Source of the DNA: a bacterium
Lineage (GTDB): Bacteria > SAR324 > NAC60-12
DNA length: 64,000 bases
Direction: 5' to 3'
Assembly (NCBI GenBank): GCA_965233585.1
Contig: CBDDTI010000746.1
Span: 766,720 to 830,719 of the forward strand
In this document: piece after piece, positions 42,152 through 51,044 of the stretch
Layout: each line of letters starts with the position of its first letter
Position numbering within the stretch: position 1 is the first letter of the stretch
Translations under genes and position numbers: made by a program
Notes under the pieces: model-generated
What the model saw: the letters and a program-made list of their open reading frames with translations, nothing else
What the model was told of the DNA's origin: nothing
The model's database searches: none

Positions 42152-42406
42152 TTAATTTACATTACTTGGTATATTGACTACTCTACCAACTAACCATTCA
42201 GAATGGTCAAACTATTGCTAATTAAACATTGGTAAAGTATTTATCAATTTCCAAATGGGTCTAGTTATCACACCATTTTCATTTGTCAATTTTAAAAATA
42301 GATCTCTTTGAGTTTTATTTTTTAAAATAATAGTCTGTAACCAATAGTTAAATTTTATATTTAGAGTCTCTTTTACAATTTTAACCTCTTTAAAATCTTT
42401 CAAAAA
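42152..42406 (-). pseudogene. decayed duplicate of the legC 3' end
   Basis: FLKDFKEVKIVKE...NYWLQTIILK...TRPIWKL...PMFN* aligns with legC ~42556-42822. Contains internal stops. Confidence 0.88.
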
Positions 42407-42449
42407 CATTGTTATTCACTCCTACTTCTACAATGATAAATGTTTCCAT
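42407..42449 (-). pseudogene. 5' fragment of a second neuB
   Basis: METFIIVEVGVNNN versus KTFIIVEAGVNHNG in the intact neuB. Confidence 0.8.
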
Positions 42450-42559
42450 TCAATTACTCTTAACAACTGTACCTACCTTCCTTAAAACACTAATTTGAGC
42501 ATATTCTTTTGATATAGTATTACTGCCACACCACCAATTAAAACAATAGATTCTTTCAT
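42450..42559 (-). pseudogene. internally deleted NeuD/PglD (LegH-type) acetyltransferase remnant
   Basis: ATG overlapping the legC TGA gives MKESIVLIGG (NeuD/PglD-like N-terminus). It is joined out of frame to a hexapeptide-like tail GSNTISKEYAQI...VGTVVKSN*. Confidence 0.65.
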
Positions 42560-43710
42560 AATATTACACCACTTGGAATGTTGACTGTTCTATCAGCTAG
42601 CCATTCAGCATGTTTTAAATTACCGCTAATGGATTGATTAAACATTGGTAAAGTACTCATCAATTTCCAAATGGGTCTAGTCATCACACCATTTTCATTA
42701 GTTAATTTTAAAAACAAATCTCTTTGAGATTTATCTTTCAAAATAATAGTTTGTAACCAATAGTTAGATTTTGTATTGAAAGGCTCTTCTACAATTTTAA
42801 TGTCTTTAAAATCTTTAAAAAACTCCTGATATTTCAAAAAGATTTTTCTTTTTTTCTCTAAGAATAAATCTAATTTTTCTAATTGTGCAACTAGTAAAGC
42901 GGCATTGAGATTAGGCATTCGGTAATTATATCCTATTTCATCATGGATATATTCATAACTGTGAGGTTGTTTAGCTGTGGTCGTCAAAAATTTGGCTCGT
43001 TTTGCTAAGTTTTCATCATCAGTTACAAGGCATCCGCCACCGCCTGAAGTGATAATTTTGTTACCATTAAACGAAAAAACTCCCATTTTCCCAAAAGTAC
43101 CTGTGTGTTGATCTTTAAAATAACTTCCTAAACTTTCAGAAGAATCTTCTACCAAAGTAAGATTCCATTTTTGACAAATCATTTGTATCTGATCTATTTG
43201 ACAGGAATGCCCAAAAGTGTGCATAGGTAAACATGCTTTCACAATTTTTCCACTTACTTTATGCACACATTTATTTTTAACTATCTTACAATGCTGTGTT
43301 AAAAAATCACTCAGTGCTTTTGGTGACAACCCCATAGTGATTTGATCCACATCTACAAATACGGGTTCTGCACCAACATAATTGATAGCATTACAAGTAG
43401 CCACAAAAGTTAATGGTTGTGTAATGACTAAATCATTTGCTCTGACACCTGCTAATAATAAAGCAATATGTAAAGCACTTGTTCCATTTACACATGCTAC
43501 AGCATAATAACTACCAACTTTTTTAGCTAATTTTTTCTCTAGTAGATCAACATATTCTCCAACAGTGGAAACAAAAGAACTATCTATACAATCTATAAGA
43601 TATTTTTTTTCATTTCCTATGAACTTTGGTTCATGCAAAGGAATAAATTCTTTGTTTTGATAAAGATTTTTTACAAAATCTATAAAATCTATAAATTCTT
43701 TTTGCATCAT
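42556..43710 (-). CDS. legC: LegC family (DegT/DnrJ) aminotransferase
   Basis: IPLHEP, NGTSALH, FSFNGNKIITSGGGG, GYNYRMPNLNAAL, TRPIW. Confidence 0.9.
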   Translation of the reverse strand: MMQKEFIDFIDFVKNLYQNKEFIPLHEPKFIGNEKKYLIDCIDSSFVSTVGEYVDLLEKKLAKKVGSYYAVACVNGTSALHIALLLAGVRANDLVITQPLTFVATCNAINYVGAEPVFVDVDQITMGLSPKALSDFLTQHCKIVKNKCVHKVSGKIVKACLPMHTFGHSCQIDQIQMICQKWNLTLVEDSSESLGSYFKDQHTGTFGKMGVFSFNGNKIITSGGGGCLVTDDENLAKRAKFLTTTAKQPHSYEYIHDEIGYNYRMPNLNAALLVAQLEKLDLFLEKKRKIFLKYQEFFKDFKDIKIVEEPFNTKSNYWLQTIILKDKSQRDLFLKLTNENGVMTRPIWKLMSTLPMFNQSISGNLKHAEWLADRTVNIPSGVIL

Positions 43711-43719
43711 TCAATATTT

Positions 43720-44479
43720 GGCACTGTTAAGTAATAAGTGATAGCTGATTATTCCGTTTTGCCATGAACAAAAGAACAGAATATTGTAATGCTTTAAGAG
43801 ACTTGCTGTAACATTTGGTTTTCCTTCTCATTCTTGCCAAGAAATGTCTCAAGAGAGAATTATACCCTTCTATCGTGTATGTTTCTGCCTTGGAACATGT
43901 ATGAATTTCTTTGGGAATGACTTGTTTGTAAGCCTTGCAGTGATCAGTCATCACCTGAAGAGGTTTTGTTTCCTTGACCTTGTCCCATAAATGCCTACAG
44001 GCTTTTGAGTCTCTGTTTCCAAGCACACAATTGATAAATTGCTTCCCACATCTATCAACAGCAATCCAGAGCCAGCAGTAGTTTTTTTTGACTGGATGTA
44101 GGTGTGCATTTCATCAATTTCCATAATTTCAATGTCTGTGTCCTTTCTTAATGCCTTGAGCTGTTCGCCAAAACTACAGACCCAATTATAAACTGAAACA
44201 TGAGAACAATTCAGCAAACGACCGATTGACCTGAAACCAAGACCCTCCAAATACAACTCTAATGCTCTTCTTTTGATCTGTGGTGAGATTTGACCACGAT
44301 AGGACTTGGTATATTGATAGTTGCAGGCATTGCAACGCCTCCTCGGTTTACCATATAAGAAACCATTCTTAACCGTCTTCTCACTTTCACATCTAGGACA
44401 CGACTTCATTGCTACACCATGACTATCAATTCAATTAAATGAACTTAATATCGCATATCACTTATAGTTTAACAATACC
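43720..44479 (-). mobile_element. IS1 family insertion sequence, 760 bp
   Basis: Imperfect terminal IRs GGCACTGTTAAGTAATAAGTGATA / GGTATTGTTAAACTATAAGTGATA. 8-bp target duplication CAATATTT at 43712-43719 and 44480-44487. Confidence 0.95.
43727..44409 (-). CDS. IS1 transposase InsAB (programmed -1 frameshift)
   Basis: Zn ribbon CPRC...CNAC, HTH, EIDEM. The A8C slippery site (44081-44089) shifts into KKNYCWLWIAVDR...TD...TYTIEGYNSLLRH. Confidence 0.92.
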
Positions 44480-45452
44480 CAATATTTTTATATTGAAGAT
44501 CATCAGGGTTTTTAATAAATCCTTCTTGAATGATTTTAATAATTTGTTGAATCCCATCAGGGACTGTTTTAGTAATTTTGAAATTGAGTTCTTTTTTTAT
44601 TTTCTCAAATGAAACTTTATAATCTCTAGGATCTTCTTCTTTATTTACATATTTAATTTGAGAATGGGGAAGTTGTTTTTTAATTTCATTGACAATCATT
44701 TGTTTTTGATAATTTTCTGAAGTATCACCTACATTATAAACATTAAACGCAACTAAATTTCTATCTGCTCTCAATACATTCATTACACTTCTGCAAAGAT
44801 CTACAACATGACAATAAGGTCGCCAAAACTGTTTACCAAATACGATTAGTTCTCTACCTAAAGCTAACTCTTTAGTAAATTCATTCACCGTTAGGTCAAA
44901 TCTAATTCGTGGTGATAGACCATAAACAGTAGAAAATCTTAAACAAGTTGGTTTTGTCGTACTATCTCTTTGTTTAGATAACAAAAACTTTTCAAACTCT
45001 ACCTTTGTTTCTGCATATAGTGAAATAGGTTTTAATTCTGAATCTTCATCTACATAAATTTTAGAATCTTTCATTCTTCCATAATTACTACAAGTAGAAG
45101 CAAAAATAAATTGTTCTACTCCTTCTTGATTGGCTATATTATAAGTCAGTTTTGCCCCTTCTGTATTCACTGCCTGCGTTAAACTTGGATTGACTGCACA
45201 AGCTGGGTCTCCAACAATAGAGGCTAAATGAACAACACTATTAACCCCTTCCATAGCTTTTATAACATCTTGTTCATTTCTAACATCGCCTTTAATAAAT
45301 TCAAAATGATGATGATTGAGTAATTCTAAAATAGACTCTCCACTAAAAGATAAATTATCTAATACTTTGACAAAATATTTTTCCTGAAGCAACAATCTTA
45401 CTAGAAGACTTCCAATATAACCAGCTCCACCAGTCACTAAAACTTTTTGCAT
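44469..45452 (-). CDS. NAD-dependent epimerase/dehydratase (extended SDR)
   Basis: TGGAGYIG, STCSNYG, YAETK. The last codons and stop are supplied by the IS end. Confidence 0.9.
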   Translation of the reverse strand: MQKVLVTGGAGYIGSLLVRLLLQEKYFVKVLDNLSFSGESILELLNHHHFEFIKGDVRNEQDVIKAMEGVNSVVHLASIVGDPACAVNPSLTQAVNTEGAKLTYNIANQEGVEQFIFASTCSNYGRMKDSKIYVDEDSELKPISLYAETKVEFEKFLLSKQRDSTTKPTCLRFSTVYGLSPRIRFDLTVNEFTKELALGRELIVFGKQFWRPYCHVVDLCRSVMNVLRADRNLVAFNVYNVGDTSENYQKQMIVNEIKKQLPHSQIKYVNKEEDPRDYKVSFEKIKKELNFKITKTVPDGIQQIIKIIQEGFIKNPDDLQYKNIGYC

Positions 45453-45490
45453 GTTTTTAAAGAAATTAATTGATAAGTATAAAAATATAT

Positions 45491-46192
45491 TTACTCCAAA
45501 TTGATATTATATTTATTCATAATAAATTGGGCAAATTGAAAATCTAACTCTGTATCAATATCAATAGATTTTTCTCTACTCATAATGAAAGCAAAGATAT
45601 TATCTTTTATGAATAATGTTCTTTCTTTTAAAAATCTTTTCATACAACAAATATAAATCGCCCCATTTAATCGGTAATAAGCTGGAATATCTTGGCTTCT
45701 TTTGTTAGTGAACTCATTTTTTACAAAATTTATCATGCTATGATTTTTAGGCAAAGTATGACACCACATAGGGCTGTGATTTTCTTCACATACTGATATG
45801 ACAGCGTCTGCTTGCTTGTCGTCTAAATACTCTATTGCTTGATCTATATCCTTTTGATTTCTTAATGGTGAAGTGGGTTGTAATAGAACGATGTAATCAT
45901 AACCACTATAAGTTTGAAGGACATGATGGATCACATCGGTTGTTAAACTTAAATCTGTTGCTAAATCACAAGGTCTTTTGATGACTTTGATATTATATTT
46001 CAATGCTTCTTCTAAAATCAAGTCATCATCACTTGTGACAACAAGATGATCTATGTATTGACTTTTAATACCTGATTCTATACTCCAAGAGATAAGAGGT
46101 GTACCACATAAATTTAATAAATTTTTATTAGGCAATCTTTTACTTCCTCCTCGTGCGGGGATAATTCCCAAAAAAGATTTTGAGTTAAACAT
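45491..46192 (-). CDS. neuA: CMP-nonulosonate synthetase (NeuA/LegF-like)
   Basis: IPARGGSKRLPNKN, LQPTSPLR, RSQD, NGAIY, SIDID. Confidence 0.9.
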   Translation of the reverse strand: MFNSKSFLGIIPARGGSKRLPNKNLLNLCGTPLISWSIESGIKSQYIDHLVVTSDDDLILEEALKYNIKVIKRPCDLATDLSLTTDVIHHVLQTYSGYDYIVLLQPTSPLRNQKDIDQAIEYLDDKQADAVISVCEENHSPMWCHTLPKNHSMINFVKNEFTNKRSQDIPAYYRLNGAIYICCMKRFLKERTLFIKDNIFAFIMSREKSIDIDTELDFQFAQFIMNKYNINLE

Positions 46193-47240
46193 TGTAAAGG
46201 CTATAATAGTCTTGATTAGCTTTTCTATATTCCTCTAACTGCCCTATATCTATCCAATACTCTCTAATAGGAAATGCTATAACTTTTTGCTGGAGAGATA
46301 TTAATTTCTCAAAAAGATTCGTCATATCATAAAACGTATTTTTTGGAATATATTGAATAACAGATGGTGATAAAATATAAATACCAGCATTCACAAAATA
46401 TTGTTGTGATGGCTTTTCTACAATAGAAGAGATTTCTATACCATTTATTTTGACTACTCCAAAAGGTATTTCAGATGTATATGTTCTTACACACATTGTG
46501 GCTATAGCATCTTGATTCAAATGATAGTCTAGCAAATGTTCAAAATTGACATCAGTTAATATATCTCCATTCATCACAAAAAAAGGTTGTGTAGGTCTAT
46601 CTTCTAAAAGACTTAATGCTCCTGCTGTTCCCATTTTTTGATCTTCTAAGGTATAAGTAATATTGACATCAAAATCAGATCCATCTTTAAAATATTCTTT
46701 AATAATTTCTGCTCTATAATTGACACATAAAATAATATTTTTGAAATTATTCTTTGAAAATTTTTCTATAATGTTTTGTAAAATAGGTTTTTCTCCTATT
46801 GGTAGCATAGGTTTTGGAACATTATGAGTTAATGGATATAGCCTCTTGCCGAGACCTCCTACCATCAATATCACTTGATTAGCTTTCTTTTCTTGTTTTA
46901 TTAAATCATCTAAAATTTCCAATCCTATCAATTTTAAAGATTCATTAACAATAGGAATTTGATGAATTTTATGAGTCAAACAAAGTTTAATAATATCTGA
47001 TTTTTGAGTGTTGACTTGTACATAAATTGGATGAGTAGAATAAACATCTTTGATGGAGCTATTCAAATCTTTTCCTTTTAAAATAGCTCTTCTAATATCT
47101 CCATCATTTAACGTTCCTAATAAAGTTTGATTTTGATCGGTAACTAAAACAATTTGTTTAGATGTGTTATCTATAATTTGGATAGATTCCAAAATCGTAG
47201 TAGATTCTTGAATAATGATGTCTTGGATATCTGTAATCAT
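46185..47240 (-). CDS. CBS-domain nucleotidyltransferase (PtmE/LegX-like)
   Basis: N-terminal CBS pair (DGDIRRAIL), GGLGKRLYPLT...PKPML, MNGDILT, YWIDIG. Confidence 0.88.
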   Translation of the reverse strand: MITDIQDIIIQESTTILESIQIIDNTSKQIVLVTDQNQTLLGTLNDGDIRRAILKGKDLNSSIKDVYSTHPIYVQVNTQKSDIIKLCLTHKIHQIPIVNESLKLIGLEILDDLIKQEKKANQVILMVGGLGKRLYPLTHNVPKPMLPIGEKPILQNIIEKFSKNNFKNIILCVNYRAEIIKEYFKDGSDFDVNITYTLEDQKMGTAGALSLLEDRPTQPFFVMNGDILTDVNFEHLLDYHLNQDAIATMCVRTYTSEIPFGVVKINGIEISSIVEKPSQQYFVNAGIYILSPSVIQYIPKNTFYDMTNLFEKLISLQQKVIAFPIREYWIDIGQLEEYRKANQDYYSLYNV

Positions 47241-47267
47241 TAATTAAAATGAAATCTGCACAAAAAA

Positions 47268-47924
47268 TCAAACCATCTGCTGTTCAGGTGGAATCATAGA
47301 TTTTCGTTCTAAAATAGTCAAGATTGTACTACATTCAATCCAAGCAGGCAATGAGATGATTTGATTAGACAATCCAGTGGGTTCTTTCCCAAATTGAAAA
47401 TGTTCAATGTCTTGCAAAGGGAATTGAAGCCCTCCAGATTTGAGATGTTTTAAAGGGCAAAACAAAGGGAACAGTGAAATCGTGTCATTGAGTTGTGCAG
47501 GAATTGTCCAATGCCCGTGAATTACCTCTATTCGTTCCGTTTCATTCCACATCACTATTTTCAGCTGTTTGGAATACTTATAGAGGACTTCTACATTTGC
47601 CAAAAACTGAGCATTCCGTAAACCTGTTGCCCCCAGTAAATCTACATGAACAATCTTATTTTTTAGGCAATAACAAACCGCTTTGTCTGCATCGTTTGTC
47701 TCAACATTGACAGAAGGAATGATGTTAAGATTCTGCAAATGTAGAGATGTTTCAAATGAATCCAAATCACCAATGATCACATCAGGAATCAGACCGTGCC
47801 GAAGTGCTGTGTTAGCTCCCCCATCTGCACAAATACGTAAATCAGCCTGCTCCCAAAAATGTTGAAGCAACACTTCATCAGGTGGCTCACCATTGCATAA
47901 AATCAATGCTTTTTGATAAATCAT
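47268..47924 (-). CDS. thiN: thiamine diphosphokinase
   Basis: ICADGGAN, IIGDLDS, GLQFPL, GLSN. The usual RxDH motif reads RNAQ. Confidence 0.85.
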   Translation of the reverse strand: MIYQKALILCNGEPPDEVLLQHFWEQADLRICADGGANTALRHGLIPDVIIGDLDSFETSLHLQNLNIIPSVNVETNDADKAVCYCLKNKIVHVDLLGATGLRNAQFLANVEVLYKYSKQLKIVMWNETERIEVIHGHWTIPAQLNDTISLFPLFCPLKHLKSGGLQFPLQDIEHFQFGKEPTGLSNQIISLPAWIECSTILTILERKSMIPPEQQMV

Positions 47925-48022
47925 GTCAAAATAAAAATATGTTTTTAGACTATACCTATTCTCAAACCATCTCCGCTGACATAAAATAGTAGGTCAGTCT
48001 ATCATTTTCGTCATCTGCATTT

Positions 48023-48538
48023 ATGAAAAATAACACTCCCATTTCATTATTTCCATTTGTCAGTGTCCTGCTTTGCATGATTGGAGCATTGGCTTTGATT
48101 ACTGTGGCGATGCCCATTTCTGAACAAGCACAAGAAGAGCCAGAACAGCAGCAAAATTTAGAATTTCAATGGATTGGCGCCCCTGAATACGCTAGACCCT
48201 TCTTAATCCGTTGCTTTGAAAACTCCATTGTCTTTGACAATATTTTGCTTGGCACAACCCAGACATTGACTTTAAAAGAGTTGTTGAATGAATTACAAAC
48301 TCCAAGCACTTTCTCAAGATATTTAGGGCAGATTCAAATGCAAAATTTAGCATTCCAAAAACAACAAAATGACATTGAATACTATCCCATGCTGTTAGTT
48401 TATCCTAACTCTGCAAGAACTGTAGAAATCCTAGAATGGTTTTTAGAAAGTTCTGGTATTCAAAATATAGGGCTTGAACCCATGCTTCAAGAATGGAACG
48501 TCCCCTATCACACTTCCCTCACTCCAAAGAAAAATTGA
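48023..48538 (+). CDS. hypothetical single-TM protein
   Basis: N-terminal TM ISLFPFVSVLLCMIGAL. Confidence 0.6.
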   Translation: MKNNTPISLFPFVSVLLCMIGALALITVAMPISEQAQEEPEQQQNLEFQWIGAPEYARPFLIRCFENSIVFDNILLGTTQTLTLKELLNELQTPSTFSRYLGQIQMQNLAFQKQQNDIEYYPMLLVYPNSARTVEILEWFLESSGIQNIGLEPMLQEWNVPYHTSLTPKKN

Positions 48539-48543
48539 AAGTA

Positions 48544-49221
48544 ATGCGAACTAGACGAAAAAAATTAAGGCAAAACTCTACCTCAAATCTTGATGCCTTG
48601 ACTGACGTAGTTTCAAATAATGTTGGAATTTTTGTATTGCTAGCAAGCGCCTTGTCGTTATTCATGGTCATCAATCATGCAACAAACACAAAACAGAAAG
48701 AAGACACCCCTCCTCAAGACCTGATGAAACAGATTCTAATCCCGTGGACCAGACCCTCACAAAAATCACCTGTTCTGTTCTTGCTTGCAAACCAAAAAAT
48801 CACCTATCTCAATCGCCATAAAGCCCTTGAAAACATCGCAGAAGCCCTTGAAAACAGACCCCAAACCATCGGTCAAGACTCTAACCTTCAACGTGTTTAT
48901 AGGCTAGATTTTGAAAAGTATCAGATAGAATACTCAATTTACTCGCAATTTACACAATGTTTTTTATTTGAGCCAAAACCGCACCAGTCCAAAGACACCC
49001 AATATTTAGAGCAACAACTCATGGAGGTGATGAAAGACAAAAACGTCACAAGTTTCTATGCGTTTTTTTGGGTAGATTCCCAAAGTTTAGAAATGTTTAG
49101 AGAGGTCAGGCAATTTCTCTGGGATCAAAAGATTCAGGTTGGCTGGAGACCCATCAACAAAGAGACTGAAATGCGTTATTGCATTGGAGCAAACAATGGC
49201 ATCGGATTCCGTCCACAATGA
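48544..49221 (+). CDS. hypothetical single-TM protein
   Basis: Basic N-terminus, NLDALTDVVSNNVGI TM segment, C-terminal VGWRP. Confidence 0.6.
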   Translation: MRTRRKKLRQNSTSNLDALTDVVSNNVGIFVLLASALSLFMVINHATNTKQKEDTPPQDLMKQILIPWTRPSQKSPVLFLLANQKITYLNRHKALENIAEALENRPQTIGQDSNLQRVYRLDFEKYQIEYSIYSQFTQCFLFEPKPHQSKDTQYLEQQLMEVMKDKNVTSFYAFFWVDSQSLEMFREVRQFLWDQKIQVGWRPINKETEMRYCIGANNGIGFRPQ

Positions 49222-49231
49222 CTAAATGTCA

Positions 49232-50128
49232 CTAAATAGTTAGCAAATCTAAACCATTTTGAACCCTAGCGGCATTGACTGTGTTGAACATGAGCATCGC
49301 CACTGTCATCAATCCAACACCGCCTGGGACAGGTGTGATTTTTGAGCAAATTGGAAGCACCCCTTCAAAATCAACGTCTCCACAAATTCTATACCCCCTT
49401 TCACTTGTAGCATCATCTACCCGATTGATTCCAACATCAATGACAACCGTATGACTTTTGACCATTTCTTTAGCCACAAAATGAGGTTTGCCCATTGCGG
49501 CAACCAAAATATCTGCTTGCCTTGTCACAGATGCCAGAGCTTTTGTACGAGAATGACAAAGGGTGACTGTGCAATCAGTTCCTTTCTGAGAAAGCAATAA
49601 AGACAAAGGACGACCTACAAGCTGGCTTCGTCCCAAAATCACAACATGTTGACCTGCTAAATCTACGTCTAAATTCATCAGCATTTGCAACACTCCCAAA
49701 GGCGTACAGGGGACAAAGCATGCCTTTCCTGATGCAAGCAAACCCACATTAAACGGGTGAAGTCCGTCAACATCTTTTTGTGGAGAAATGGTTTGAATCA
49801 CTGAATCTGCATTAAGACCTGAAGGCAAAGGAAGCTGGCACAAAATCCCATGAATGCTTGGATTGTTGTTAAGACTGACAATTAATTCTTCTAGTTCTCC
49901 TTGAGTTGTCTTTTGACCAAGCTCAAAACTTTCAGAGCGAATACCTAGTGTTTCACATGTCTTGCGTTTGTTATGGACATAAATTTGAGAGGCAGGATCA
50001 TCACCAACTAAAATCACTGCCAAACAAGGCTTTATTCCTTTCTCCTTCAACAATTTCACTTCTTCCTTCACTCTCTGCTTCACTTGCTGGCTAGCAAGTT
50101 GTCCTGAAATGATTTTGTTTTGTAGCAT
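49232..50128 (-). CDS. folD: methylenetetrahydrofolate dehydrogenase/cyclohydrolase
   Basis: KDVDGLH, PCTP, GRS.LVG, TPVPGGVG. Confidence 0.97.
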   Translation of the reverse strand: MLQNKIISGQLASQQVKQRVKEEVKLLKEKGIKPCLAVILVGDDPASQIYVHNKRKTCETLGIRSESFELGQKTTQGELEELIVSLNNNPSIHGILCQLPLPSGLNADSVIQTISPQKDVDGLHPFNVGLLASGKACFVPCTPLGVLQMLMNLDVDLAGQHVVILGRSQLVGRPLSLLLSQKGTDCTVTLCHSRTKALASVTRQADILVAAMGKPHFVAKEMVKSHTVVIDVGINRVDDATSERGYRICGDVDFEGVLPICSKITPVPGGVGLMTVAMLMFNTVNAARVQNGLDLLTI

Positions 50129-50135
50129 CTAAATC

Positions 50136-50981
50136 TTAATCTCTGTTAAAAATACAATTTCCAAGGGTGTGTCCTTGCATTTCAATACGTTGTTGCAATG
50201 TTAATGAAAAACCAGCACGTTCTATTTGTGATTTGATTTGTTGCTGTGAGTAGTTAGATTGACTCAAATCCAACTCTATTAAGATTGATTTAAGACGTGA
50301 ATCTCGTAAAGTTTGCTTTGCACCCTCAATGATTAAATGCTCAATTCCGTCAACATCTATTTTTAAGTGATTGGGAAACGGTGGATTAAATACCCTGATA
50401 AACTCATCTATTGAATACCCAATCATGCTATGACGAAAAACTGTCTTAGCATTTTGATTGAGTGAATCAATGGTATCTACTTCTTCTCCAAAGTGATGTA
50501 ATGCTCCTCCTGCTTGAACATCCCCCATATTAATTGTACCTAACTCTACCTGATGACTAAAAGCGAGGCAAACTGGAGAGACAAGATGTTGAAATTGGTT
50601 CAGTTGAACGTTTTTAACTAGAATATGGTAATTGAAAGCAGAAGGCTCAAATGCAAAGACTTGATGTTCTTGTTTTGCCGCATAAAGTGAATAGACACCT
50701 ACATTTGCCCCAATATCATATAAAATCTGTTTTTTTTCAAATTGATTAATCCATTCAATCGTTTCAGGTTCTTTTGTCAATAAAGTCTGAGCACGCCATA
50801 GCGGTAAAATTTCAGGACAAAAAAATTGAATTTCTCCATGCGGTGTCTTTTGCCTTTTCACAGGGACTATTTCATTTTGTAATTGAGCAATAATGCGTAA
50901 CCTACGGTCTTCTTCTAAAAAACTAAGTGCAAATTTAATAACTCTGATAATCAAACAGCTGATTTGATGCAAAAAGGTCAT
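50136..50981 (-). CDS. FkbM family methyltransferase
   Basis: KEPETIEWI, DIGANVG, FEP, LKIDVDG. Confidence 0.88.
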   Translation of the reverse strand: MTFLHQISCLIIRVIKFALSFLEEDRRLRIIAQLQNEIVPVKRQKTPHGEIQFFCPEILPLWRAQTLLTKEPETIEWINQFEKKQILYDIGANVGVYSLYAAKQEHQVFAFEPSAFNYHILVKNVQLNQFQHLVSPVCLAFSHQVELGTINMGDVQAGGALHHFGEEVDTIDSLNQNAKTVFRHSMIGYSIDEFIRVFNPPFPNHLKIDVDGIEHLIIEGAKQTLRDSRLKSILIELDLSQSNYSQQQIKSQIERAGFSLTLQQRIEMQGHTLGNCIFNRD

Positions 50982-51044
50982 GTTAATGAAATGTTATAAA
51001 TGGGAGTAAAGTTCAAAGCAAACAAGATGTTCTAAGTTTGACTT

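Larger units (their letters stand above)
36600..47250 (-). other. AT-rich island encoding nonulosonic (legionaminic-type) acid biosynthesis
   Basis: Abrupt drop in GC by eye between rseP and thiN, nine co-oriented sugar genes, an internal IS1 and gene remnants. Boundaries are approximate. Confidence 0.85.

Noticed and set aside
43727..44409. Split IS1 ORFs as a pseudogene
   Set aside because: The split falls at the A-rich programmed -1 frameshift typical of IS1.
47268..47924. thiN as an inactive pseudogene (RxDH reads RNAQ)
   Set aside because: The ORF is intact with its other motifs conserved. One deviation is not enough.
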